A DNA stretch of 64,000 bases from an uncultured Nitrospinota bacterium (GTDB taxonomy: Bacteria; Tectomicrobia; Entotheonellia; J063; CAVPRW01). Under the pieces are notes generated by a model. The model did no database searches. It had not been told where the DNA came from and saw nothing but the letters and a program-made list of their open reading frames with translations. The position numbers and the translations under genes are program-made. The DNA lies in contig CAVPRW010000022.1 of assembly GCA_963707985.1 (NCBI GenBank), forward strand, positions 1 to 64,000, written 5' to 3'. Of this stretch, positions 1 through 8,315 are shown in pieces. Position 1 is the stretch's first letter, and every line of letters begins with the position of its first letter.

Positions 1-459
1 CCGCAGCTTCCCCCTGTGAGCGGCTCTCCCGTCTCCGAGGACTATGGGCGGATTCTGACGCCCTCACGGTCCTCGGCCCTCCTTTCGCAGTGGCCTACCT
101 GGAACTCGCACCCCAGGAACCGTCAGGGCCTCCCAAGTTCTTGACGCTTCTCTCCACGCATACCACGCTCTTGGTGGACCCCGACAGACCCTCGGGAAGC
201 TCACCAAAACGCTTCCTCTGTGTAGGCTTCTGGAGTGTTCAAACCATCGCCGTCTGCATAAGCCGCGATAACGGGGCTGTATCAAGCTTTGGAGAGTGCG
301 GTCTCTCCTGCGGTCTCCGTGGTGCCCTGTGTACGCTTCACCTGGTTCGTTCGGTTTTCACCTCCTCAACACGTGCAACACTCGGTAGGAGTGGTTGGTT
401 AGACCTTACTCCGCAGGGACTTGCACCCTGCAAGAAGCGCCAAGCTTCGCTTGGCGCAC
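1..459 (-). mobile_element. Group II intron A, 5' part only (rest outside window); possibly class E/F-like
   Basis: Minus strand starts GTGCGCCAAGCGAAGCTTGGCGC...AGGGTGCAAGTCCCTG at 459 (GUGYG boundary plus domain I stems), immediately after attC R' GTTC; loop TTTGAACACT contains GAAC, complementary to the exon end GTTC. Confidence 0.8.
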
Positions 460-538
460 GAACGCCGGCGCTCAGCCGCGCCCGGAAGCGGGAGCGGAGC
501 GGACGCTGTAGGACGTCGGCTGCAGTGCTTGGTTCGGC
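460..538 (-). other. attC site of the Mo-oxidoreductase cassette; R' interrupted by intron A
   Basis: Top strand GCCGAAC-CAAGC-ACTGCAGC...GCTGAGC-GCCGGC-GTTC; imperfect palindrome with extra-helical bases, 4 nt after the stop codon. Confidence 0.9.
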
Positions 539-542
539 TTGG

Positions 543-2624
543 TTACGGTGTCCCGCCTGCGCCTTCTCGCGTCACTTCGACCAGAGTATCGCAAAATGTC
601 GGGCCGTGGCCAATATCACTGAGCCGAGCACTGGTTAGCGTATTGACGCTGGTTCCATGATGTATCCAGGGGCCAAACGGCACAGCAACGGTCCCAGGCA
701 TCAGGCTCTCGCTGACCCTGGCGCGATACGTGACCGCGCCGCGCTCATTCCACACCCGGACCATCTGCCCATCACAGATGCCACGCGCCGCGGCATCGTC
801 CGGATGCAGTTCCACGCAGGGTTCTGGTTCGGCCCGTAACAACACAGGCAGGTTCCCGTAGGACGAATTGATCGACCAATGGCGCTTCAAGGTGAGGAGG
901 CGCAGCGGAAAGCGTTGGGCGAGATCTGCACGAGTCTGCGGACTCTCGGCGGGAGGGATGTAGGTTGGGAACGGGCCATAGTCTGCCTTGGCCAGACCGG
1001 GCGAGGCGAATTCGAATGTCCCGCTGGGTGTCGGGAAATGTCCGTCCGCAAATGGGGCATGACCTGGAGGAGGCCCGACGCGAGCGAAGCCGTGGGTCTC
1101 GAGATATTCCCGTGTCACCCCAGCGTGTTCGGCAGGTGAATCGCGCAGGGCCAGGTCGATCAGGGCGGTATCACTGAGGCGGAAGAGATCGTCCGCGAAT
1201 CCTAAACGCGCCGCCAGCAGTCGTGCCACCTCCGTATTACTCTTGGCTTCGCCCTGTGGCGCAATGGCCCGCTTGCCCAGAGCCACATAATTGAACCCCC
1301 AGGAGCCCAGGAGATCCTCTTGTTCCAGCATGGTCGTCGCCGGAAGAATGATATCCGCATAGCGCGCGGTGTCGGTCAGGAACTGTTCGTGCACCACGGT
1401 GAATAAGTCCTCGCGCCGCAAGCCTTGGAGGACGCGCTCCTGCTCAGGAGCGATGACTGCTGGATTGGCATTAAAGACGTACAATGCTGCAATCGGTGGC
1501 TGCAGCGCAGGGTCGGTCAAGTGCCGTCCCAGCTGAATCATATTCAACGTGCGGGGGACTGGAGGTCCTAAGTCGGGTCGGCTGAGACGGTCGCCATAGA
1601 GCATCCCAGCGGACTGGGGACCGGCAATCCCGCCCGCCGCATAGCGCCATTGTCCTGTCACGACCGGCAGACACTGGATCAGGCGTAACGCCATCCCGGC
1701 CCCCGTCGCGCGTTGCAAGCCAATCCCGTGCCGGATGCATGCGGGATGGGTGGTAGCATACTCATGGGCGAGGGCCACAATCTGGGCGGGGGGAACACCG
1801 GTTTCCTGCGCCGCACGTGCCGGGGTCCAGTCCTCCACCTGGGAGCGGAACTCCGCAAAACCCGTCGTATACTGCGCCAGATACGCGGTGTCTTCGAGTC
1901 CATCCCGCAGAATCACATGCAGCAGCCCCATGACCAAGGCGCCGTCCGTGCCAGGGTAGAGTTGTACATGGAGGTCCGCTTTGGCAGCCGTACGACTCCG
2001 GTAGGGGTCGATCACGACCAGGCGTGCCCCACGTTTCATGGCGCGCCGCATCAGGCTCCACGTGTGCACCGTCGTACTGATGGGATTGATCCCCCAGGCC
2101 AGAATCAGCCGAGCGTCGGCCAAATGCTCGGGGTCGGTCCGCATGCGGCCGACCAACTGGCCGAGCCCTTGGGCCTGACCGCCGCAGATCGTCCGTTCGA
2201 GCCGACTGGCTCCCAGCCGATGAAACAGGGCCGCCATGGTCCCCAAGCCCGAGAGAACGCCCAGACTGCCCATATAGGAATAGGGCAAAATCGCGGCGGC
2301 GCCGTGCCGAGCGATAATGGCTTGCCAGCGGTGGGTCATGGTCTCCAGCGCCACCTCCCACGAGATGGGCACAAACTGGCCGCTGCCTTTTGGCCCCTGC
2401 CGTCGCAAGGGGACGAGCAAGCGATCAGGACTGTAACCACGTTCGAGGTACCGATTGACCTTGGCGCAGAGATGATGCCCCGTGATCGGATGCGCAGGAT
2501 TGGCGGCAACTTCAACCGCGCGTCCGTGCTCCACGGTCACGAGCATGGCACAGGTGTCTGGACAGTCATGTGAACATGCAGTCCGCACTGCATGTGACTG
2601 TGCATGGGAGAGCTGGGATACCAT
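543..2624 (-). CDS. Molybdopterin-dependent oxidoreductase (DMSO reductase superfamily)
   Basis: N-terminal CSHDCPDTC...LCAK Fe-S motif, ADIILPATT, C-terminal Mo-dinucleotide domain (LHPDDAAARGI); RBS AGGAGGAGG before ATG 2624. Confidence 0.9.
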   Translation of the reverse strand: MVSQLSHAQSHAVRTACSHDCPDTCAMLVTVEHGRAVEVAANPAHPITGHHLCAKVNRYLERGYSPDRLLVPLRRQGPKGSGQFVPISWEVALETMTHRWQAIIARHGAAAILPYSYMGSLGVLSGLGTMAALFHRLGASRLERTICGGQAQGLGQLVGRMRTDPEHLADARLILAWGINPISTTVHTWSLMRRAMKRGARLVVIDPYRSRTAAKADLHVQLYPGTDGALVMGLLHVILRDGLEDTAYLAQYTTGFAEFRSQVEDWTPARAAQETGVPPAQIVALAHEYATTHPACIRHGIGLQRATGAGMALRLIQCLPVVTGQWRYAAGGIAGPQSAGMLYGDRLSRPDLGPPVPRTLNMIQLGRHLTDPALQPPIAALYVFNANPAVIAPEQERVLQGLRREDLFTVVHEQFLTDTARYADIILPATTMLEQEDLLGSWGFNYVALGKRAIAPQGEAKSNTEVARLLAARLGFADDLFRLSDTALIDLALRDSPAEHAGVTREYLETHGFARVGPPPGHAPFADGHFPTPSGTFEFASPGLAKADYGPFPTYIPPAESPQTRADLAQRFPLRLLTLKRHWSINSSYGNLPVLLRAEPEPCVELHPDDAAARGICDGQMVRVWNERGAVTYRARVSESLMPGTVAVPFGPWIHHGTSVNTLTSARLSDIGHGPTFCDTLVEVTREGAGGTP

Positions 2625-2745
2625 GGTCCTCCTCCTTTGATGGCGTGATGCCTCCAAATACTTGTGGGATCCTCAGCGTCGTACGTTCCACTGTAGGGCA
2701 TTCCGTTTCAATGGGAGCATACCATATCCCCTTTTAGTTGCGGAG

Positions 2746-3442
2746 GTAAGGATAGGTAGGACTTTACAGTCTTTCCCCCCTTCCAAACGGAGCGGGCGTC
2801 TTTCGACGCACTCCGCTTTCCAGCATGGTGCTTTGAGACCGCTCGCCTTCGCAGGGACCCTGCCGAAGCCATGAGGTCGCTTGTCGCTCAGGGCGACCCA
2901 TTGTAAACATACCCCATGTTCGGGTGTGCCAAGTCGTTCCGGTACACCACGCCTGGCGGTCCTTCACCCTGTCCTGGCCATTACAGCCAGGCATTTGGCT
3001 ACTACGCCGCCTCCGTCCTCCCGCCCACACCCTGGCATTTTCGGGTCCTATCACCGTAGGTATTGCGGTGTGGGAGTTCCCCAGTTCCAGCACAAGAGAC
3101 AATAGCGACCCGTAGCGGTCTCCTCTACGCCGGGTGGATCGGGGACAACGCCTGCCAACGTTCGGACTTGACAGGCCCTCCACCATCCCATTTTGGGTCT
3201 GGGGTGTCACAGCCACTTTCACCCCGCCGCCATCACGACGCTTCAGACAGAGGTTTCTTGCGTCCGCATAGGTCACAGGACTCGAGCGGTCCGCCGCATG
3301 TGGCTCGCCGCAGCCGCCCTTTTCTTAGCAGGCTTCAGACCCCAATGGTTGCCACCCATTGACGCCCGCTGCATAGTCCTCATACCGTTGTCCACGTATG
3401 GTTCTCTAAAAGAACAATCTCTTGCGCCGTTAAAGGGCGCAC
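2746..3442 (-). mobile_element. ORF-less group II intron C (about 697 nt, IIA-like) inserted in attC R'
   Basis: 5' GTGCGCCC; domain V GAAAGCGGAGTGCGTCGAAAGACGCCCGCTCCGTTT; domain VI ends CCTTAC (YAY); EBS1 loop GTCCGAACG pairs the exon end GTTCGG; removal restores GTTCGG|C. Confidence 0.88.
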
Positions 3443-3496
3443 CCGAACGCTGGGCGTCAGCCGCTGCCGAAAGCGGGAGCGACGTAGGAGCGGACG
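3443..3496 (-). other. 3' half of the cupin-cassette attC (split by intron B)
   Basis: CGTCCGCTCC...GGCTGACG-CCCAGC-GTTCGG; same family as attC 460-538. Confidence 0.88.
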
Positions 3497-3544
3497 GTCG
3501 GGTAGCAGGAGCCTGTCGCCAGGCCCCCGCCCCCTAAGAACGGC

Positions 3545-4366
3545 GTTTGAAAAGTATCAAGCAGCAAGTCGTTTGAGCATCAAACGCGTCATCGCCACAT
3601 ACACAAACGTCTCACTTGTGAGAGGTAACTCTTCGTAATCTTTGCTCAACCGACGACATTGGTTCAACCAGGCCAGTGTTCTTTCCACCACCCACCGATG
3701 GGGTAACACGGCAAAGCCTTTGTGGCCTTCCGCGTGTGCAACGGATTCCAGGACTATATGGTATTGTGCTTTCACCCAAGCGGTCCATTCTGCACCACGA
3801 TACGTGCCATCTACCCACACTTTGCGCAGTTTCTTGCAGGGACCACGCATTTGCTTGAAGATTTTCCGCGCACCAGCTTGGTCGGAAAGAGAGGCAGCGG
3901 TGACAACCACTATAAGCAATAGGCCTAGTGTATCTACGAGGACATGGCGTTTGCGTCCCTTGACTTTCTTGCCGTTGTCAAACCCTCGTTCTGCGCCACC
4001 CACCTCGGTGGTCTTGACCGACTGACTATCCAGACACCCCGCCGTGGGATGTTTGTGCCGCTCCTCTTTTTCTCGGACGCACGCACGGAGTGTATCGTGA
4101 ATTCTGACCCATACGCCTTGGAGTTTCCAGGCTCGCAAGTAATGATAGACGCTCTGCCACTTGGGGAAAGTGGTGGGCAACATGCGCCATTGGATCCCGC
4201 CTTTGGTCACATAAAAGATGGCATTGAGTACGGCCCGCATACACAAGGTACGCGGGCGTCCACCGCTTTTGGCGGCTGGGATCAGATCTTTGATCCACTC
4301 CCATTCCTCGTCGGTCAGGTCGCTTGGATATATTTTTTCGTTCATATACCCATTCTACACAACCCA
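3545..4366 (-). mobile_element. IS5-family segment with clipped ends, inside intron B domain V
   Basis: Bounded exactly by the two halves of domain V; partial terminal repeat GTTTGAAAAGTA on one side only; no target duplication. Confidence 0.75.
3557..4345 (-). CDS. IS5 family DDE transposase (IS1031-like, single ORF)
   Basis: YPSDLTDEEW N-terminus, DSQSVKT, VDGTY, RWVVERTLAW motifs. Confidence 0.93.
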   Translation of the reverse strand: MNEKIYPSDLTDEEWEWIKDLIPAAKSGGRPRTLCMRAVLNAIFYVTKGGIQWRMLPTTFPKWQSVYHYLRAWKLQGVWVRIHDTLRACVREKEERHKHPTAGCLDSQSVKTTEVGGAERGFDNGKKVKGRKRHVLVDTLGLLLIVVVTAASLSDQAGARKIFKQMRGPCKKLRKVWVDGTYRGAEWTAWVKAQYHIVLESVAHAEGHKGFAVLPHRWVVERTLAWLNQCRRLSKDYEELPLTSETFVYVAMTRLMLKRLAA

Positions 4367-4391
4367 ACGGGCGAGTTTCCCCGCATGCCGC

Positions 4392-4559
4392 TCAAGCCGA
4401 TTGACCTGCCGTAACGCAGGCCGCTCGGAAGATCCGAAAGCGCCGGCGTTGGACTGTCCGCTCGGCCTTGCGCCAGTCGATCTGGTGCCAGGCAGGGCGC
4501 GGAGAGCCACGGTCGTTCGGTGCCGCTGGTGGCCCTACCGTTCGGACCGTGTTTCCCAT
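4392..4559 (-). pseudogene. 55-aa remnant of group II intron reverse transcriptase (N-terminal RT0 region fused to the native stop)
   Basis: WHQIDWRKAERTVQRRRFRIFRAA matches the RT N-terminal W..IDW...V.RL..RI pattern; stop overlaps domain V (GCT TGA GCGG). Confidence 0.8.
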
Positions 4560-5111
4560 GGCCTTTCTTCCTTCTCTTCCGACTCGACCCGTGGGAAGTC
4601 AGCACCCTTTCAGGTTGGGTCTCTCCACCCACGAGGGGTGGCCCTATCCCTCCGATGACCGGAGGGCCTTCGCTTCCGCCCACCTCCTCTACCCCCTGGG
4701 CATTGGCCTGCCTTACGGCAGGTTGAGTCGGTTTGACCGACCACCCATGGGGTTTACCGTGTTCCGCCAGCAGGAGATGCAGACGCCGTAGGGTCACCCT
4801 CTGCCCCGGTGGAGGTCTGTCCTGTCAAGGGGCCGACTCCAGACCGGCCCATCCTCTCCACGTACCCTTTTGGTCAGAGCCTGTCAGCCGCTTTGGCTCT
4901 TTTGACTTCACGAGGTTTATACGGGGTTCACCATGTTACCCATCGCGTCTTTCCTCTCGCCCGCTCTCCAGGTGCGGCTCCCAGGGGTCGGTACTTTTCG
5001 GCGTGCTTCACACCCCTCCGTGACCAGAGACGCATGACGCCGATGAGGAGACGCGGACAGGATCGCCTCGGTCAGCATGACCACTCCTTGCTGACGACTT
5101 TCACGTCGCAC

Positions 5112-5144
5112 CTGTAGGCCGTCAGCTGCACGCCTTTGTTCGGC
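5112..5144 (-). other. 5' half of the cupin-cassette attC
   Basis: GCCGAAC-AAAGG-CGTGCAGC-TGACGGCCTACAG directly before the intron B GTGCG. Confidence 0.88.
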
Positions 5145-5233
5145 CCTTTCAATGGCCTGCTCGCTCATAGCAGGCCCTCCTTCGGCTCGATTAGCGGAGT
5201 CGAGACCCACACGCTGGCTGGCGGTCCGGGCTC

Positions 5234-5710
5234 TTATTTCTTCCGCGGGTCATGCGCCGGATCCACGAACGTCGTCCCCGAAGGGCCGATGCCGGTGATC
5301 TGAAAGAACACCGGTTCGTCCTTGGTCATCAGGAAGTGGTTGATGTTGGCCGGCTCGGTCCAAAAGCTGCCGGGAGGTAAGGACTTCAGTTTCGCCTGAT
5401 CGAACTTGTCTCCGAATCCTACGTACAGCGTCCCCGAGATCACGGTGTAGGTCCTGTCCTCAGGGTGCGAATGGGGATAATGGGTGAAGTTCGCCGGAAA
5501 CTGCACCCGTTCGACGTAGAAGCCGGGCTGCGTGCGACCGCTGACGAGTTCCGAGATCTGCGCGCCCACGGGAGCGGGTAGCGGTTTCCACTTCAGCTCG
5601 CTTGGCGTAAGCATCACCGCACCCGCGGGGAGATCCTGTCCCCAGGCCAGTAACGGCGTCGTGACGAACAGCACAAGCCCAACGATCTTCGCACAGGTCG
5701 AACGTGTCAT
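5234..5710 (-). CDS. Exported cupin domain protein (cassette)
   Basis: Signal peptide, HYPHSHPEDRTYTVISG and EPANINH cupin motifs; RBS GGAGG. Confidence 0.85.
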   Translation of the reverse strand: MTRSTCAKIVGLVLFVTTPLLAWGQDLPAGAVMLTPSELKWKPLPAPVGAQISELVSGRTQPGFYVERVQFPANFTHYPHSHPEDRTYTVISGTLYVGFGDKFDQAKLKSLPPGSFWTEPANINHFLMTKDEPVFFQITGIGPSGTTFVDPAHDPRKK

Positions 5711-5891
5711 TTGCGTTTCCTCCATCGTTGGTGATGGCCTGAACACGAGCCCTAGGCGCTGGCATGCACCAGTACGACTGGCTCCCAGGCTCCCCGTACC
5801 ACGTACTCAAGTTCGACGGCCTCCAGGGCTTCCCGATCTAGGTGCCGCTGTTGCATCACGTGCGTCCTTGACGATCATCGGGATGAGCAAG

Positions 5892-6001
5892 GCCTAACGC
5901 TCACGCTCAGCGGCGGGGGCAGACCCACCGCCAACCGATGACGGAGCCACCACGCTATGCAGCACCGCTGGCCCCCCGTCCGCTGCAGTGTGTGGTTCGG
6001 C
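5892..6001 (-). other. attC site of the HigBA cassette
   Basis: GCCGAAC...ACTGCAGCGGACGGGGGG...CCCCCGCCGCTGAGC...GTTAGGC. Confidence 0.92.
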
Positions 6002-6006
6002 GTGGT

Positions 6007-6294
6007 TTACGCGGCTGACAGCTTCTTAACCTTGAGTTCACCTCGGCGCTGCTCAGCGTGCCACAGATCATACTGCGCTTGCTGTTGCATCCAGCTTTCG
6101 GCGGACGTGTCAAAGGCAATGGACAAACGAACGGCCATTTCTGGGCTGATTCCGGTGCGGCCATTCAGCAGACTGGACAGCGTCTTGCGGCTGACTCCGA
6201 GCGCCTTGGCGGCTACCGTGACGCTCAAGCCCAACGGCTCTATACACAAGGTACGCAAAATTTCTCCTGGATGGGGCGGATTGTGCATCAACAT
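6007..6294 (-). CDS. higA: HigA family antitoxin (XRE HTH)
   Basis: [11 protein letters not shown]...[10 protein letters not shown]...[11 protein letters not shown]. Confidence 0.93.
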   Translation of the reverse strand: MLMHNPPHPGEILRTLCIEPLGLSVTVAAKALGVSRKTLSSLLNGRTGISPEMAVRLSIAFDTSAESWMQQQAQYDLWHAEQRRGELKVKKLSAA

Positions 6295-6303
6295 TGCATC
6301 ACC

Positions 6304-6582
6304 TCAATGGTAGTCCTCATAGTCGACTAGCTCGGCGTCTTCCCCATGAAACACAAAGGTCACCCGCCAGTTGCCGCTGACCTTCACCGCCCATGTCCCT
6401 TCCCGATCCCCTTTGAGTTCGTGGAGCTGCAACCCAGGAAGGTTCATGTCCTGGGGGCGTATCGAAGCATGTAAGCGCGCGAGGATCAAACGTAGGCGTG
6501 TGGCATGCCGGGGTTGAATCCCCGCCTTTGTGCCTTGGAGAAAGAAACGCTCCAGACCCTTGTGCTTGAATCCTCTGATCAT
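6304..6582 (-). CDS. higB: HigB family RelE-like toxin (plasmid maintenance killer type)
   Basis: MIRGFKHKGLERFF...LHELKGDREG.WAVKVSGNWRVTF...VDYEDYH, upstream of higA. Confidence 0.92.
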   Translation of the reverse strand: MIRGFKHKGLERFFLQGTKAGIQPRHATRLRLILARLHASIRPQDMNLPGLQLHELKGDREGTWAVKVSGNWRVTFVFHGEDAELVDYEDYH

Positions 6583-6588
6583 AGGGTA

Positions 6589-6617
6589 AGTGTAACCTGT
6601 AACGGTATTGGTTACAA
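6589..6617 (-). promoter_or_regulatory. sigma70 promoter of higBA with palindromic operator
   Basis: TTGTAA-N17-TACACT, 6 nt before ATG; inverted repeat TGTAACC...GGTTACA overlaps both boxes. Confidence 0.7.
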
Positions 6618-6620
6618 GAC

Positions 6621-6702
6621 GCCGAACGCCTTGGGGGTTTGCCGCGGGCGGCTGAGAGAGCCGTAGGCGAGCGATGCCGACCGTCGGCCCCCCTAGTTGG
6701 GT
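6621..6702 (-). other. Degenerate attC of the NucS-like cassette
   Basis: ACCCAAC...GTTCGGC ends; internal GCCG/CGGC arms; L'' region damaged. Confidence 0.65.
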
Positions 6703-6755
6703 AGCTCTGTGCCAGCAGCGTTCGTAGGTGAGCGGTGGGAGTCCATACTGCACCG

Positions 6756-7853
6756 TCAATACCGCTCCAGGAGCGCTTCGGCTTTTCGCCGCTGGTCGCG
6801 GGAAAGTGACAACTTCTTGCCCACAGCGGCCAGGATCTCCCGTACCGTAGCGTCATCGACGTAGCGAAAAAGGCCCGTGTTCCAGGCCGTCACGCTCGAC
6901 GCGCGGGGATTCCTGTAATGGTCCCAGAACCGCACGTAGCTGGATCGTTCGAGTACGATAGAGGCGGACTTATCGCCTTCATAGAACTCCGTACCTGCCC
7001 CAGATTGATCTGCACCGACTACGCGCAAGCGCGCGATCAGAAGGATGGCGAAGATGAAGCGCTCGGCTTCCGGTTCGCCAGGTGCACGCGACGTCAGCAG
7101 AGCGACCTTCCCAACCTTCGCTTCCTTGCAGACATGTGGCGTGTTGTTTCCATGATTCCAGCCCGGCGAGAAGCTCAGGGTCGCCAGTGCGACGGAATCG
7201 TAACACGGGTAGAGGTCAGCGGAGAGCACCTTGCCCCGGTAGAAGCTTGACTGGCAGCTGTTGGACCACTCGGACTGCTCGCAGCACCAGAAGGTCTTCT
7301 TCTCGAAGACGTTGAACTGGAACGCGTCGGGGGAGCAGACGTTCGCCCAGCCACGATCATTGTAGGTCACCTTGAAGGCGATGTTGCCGTCCTTCAGGGT
7401 GCGGGCCGCGAGTGGCTCCGGGACTGCACTACGGACGAGAGCCGTGATCTCGTGTTTGACCGGCCCCGCGCTGGCTGAGCGAGGAGGATCAAGCCGTCGA
7501 TGGAGCTTCGCGATCTCCGTCCTGCTGAACTCGATGTACTCGATGCCGTGGTTCTCGAAGGCCGTCTTGATTGCGGAGGCGATGTGCGGTGCAGCCAGGA
7601 TGACCCGGCTGTTCGGGATCAGCCCGGCGTATTCCAAGAGCTGGCCCACGTCCTCTCGAGAAACGCTGTCGCGTTTGAGTTTGATGACCATCTTGCGCCT
7701 GGCTCGGTCCTCAAAGAGGAGGTCCACCTTCAGTCGAGTCCCTTCCAACGTCTGCTGACGGCCGAGCAGCCGAAGGCCCGGTTCGACGAGTTGCTCGTGG
7801 AACTGCTCGACGACGTCCTCGATGGGACGTTCGTTTAGCGTTGTTGCGGTCAT
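6756..7853 (-). CDS. NucS-like PD-(D/E)xK domain plus uncharacterised C-terminal domain (cassette)
   Basis: VDLLFED...MVIKLKRD...DVGQLLEY resembles the NucS/DUF91 fold. Confidence 0.65.
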   Translation of the reverse strand: MTATTLNERPIEDVVEQFHEQLVEPGLRLLGRQQTLEGTRLKVDLLFEDRARRKMVIKLKRDSVSREDVGQLLEYAGLIPNSRVILAAPHIASAIKTAFENHGIEYIEFSRTEIAKLHRRLDPPRSASAGPVKHEITALVRSAVPEPLAARTLKDGNIAFKVTYNDRGWANVCSPDAFQFNVFEKKTFWCCEQSEWSNSCQSSFYRGKVLSADLYPCYDSVALATLSFSPGWNHGNNTPHVCKEAKVGKVALLTSRAPGEPEAERFIFAILLIARLRVVGADQSGAGTEFYEGDKSASIVLERSSYVRFWDHYRNPRASSVTAWNTGLFRYVDDATVREILAAVGKKLSLSRDQRRKAEALLERY

Positions 7854-7997
7854 ATCATTGTGTCCTCATTGAGCGCGCCTCAACGGTGCGGAAGATGGTC
7901 CGCCGATGGCCCCCGTTCTCCGCTCGCAAGCGCCTCAGGGCTGCCCAGCGCTGCGAATCCCGTTCACGTGGCTTCATCTTCTAGTCGTTGTGCGTCC

Positions 7998-8086
7998 GCC
8001 CAACGTATTAGCGTTAAGCGGCCGCGAGACCAGTACACAGAGGCACCCCCGAGCCGGCCGCGGTCCGCTTCAACGCCTGGTTGGAC
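7998..8086 (-). other. attC site of IS91 cassette 1
   Basis: GTCCAAC...GTTGAAGCGGACCGCGG...CGCGGCCGCTTAAC-GCTAATAC-GTTGGGC. Confidence 0.9.
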
Positions 8087-8315
8087 GACCCGCAGACCAA
8101 GCTACGCACATCCTGGTTCTGGAGTTTAGACTGAGCGGGGTGGCCTGAACGCCTGCCGCCACCCTGAGCGATGGCACAGCACCACCCCTGGAGGAGCACC
8201 CGAGGGGCATCGGTGCGGGGCTTGGCTCGCGTCCTCGCCGTCCCCAGCGCGCGGAACAGCCTTGGGAGGGCAGACTCCTCCCCTGACCGACGCGGGCACA
8301 CCCCGCGCACGTGAG

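Larger units (their letters stand above)
3497..5111 (-). mobile_element. Group II intron B (IIB/CL-like) with internally deleted RT and an IS5 segment in domain V
   Basis: 5' GTGCGACGTGAAAGTCG; domain V GAGCGGCATGCGGGGAAACTCGCCCGT|GCCGTTC is split; 3' end CTACCCGAC (RAY); removal rejoins CCTACAG|CGTCCG of an attC. Confidence 0.88.

Noticed and set aside
2764..3537. Short ORFs in both directions
   Set aside because: No recognisable protein motifs; the region is explained by intron RNA structure and an attC half
4342..5210. Several 70-150 aa ORFs
   Set aside because: They overlap intron B domains I-III; only the 55-aa RT remnant has family motifs
7877..7966. Possible extra attC beginning CCTCAAC
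   Set aside because: No complementary L/R arms; treated as cassette leader
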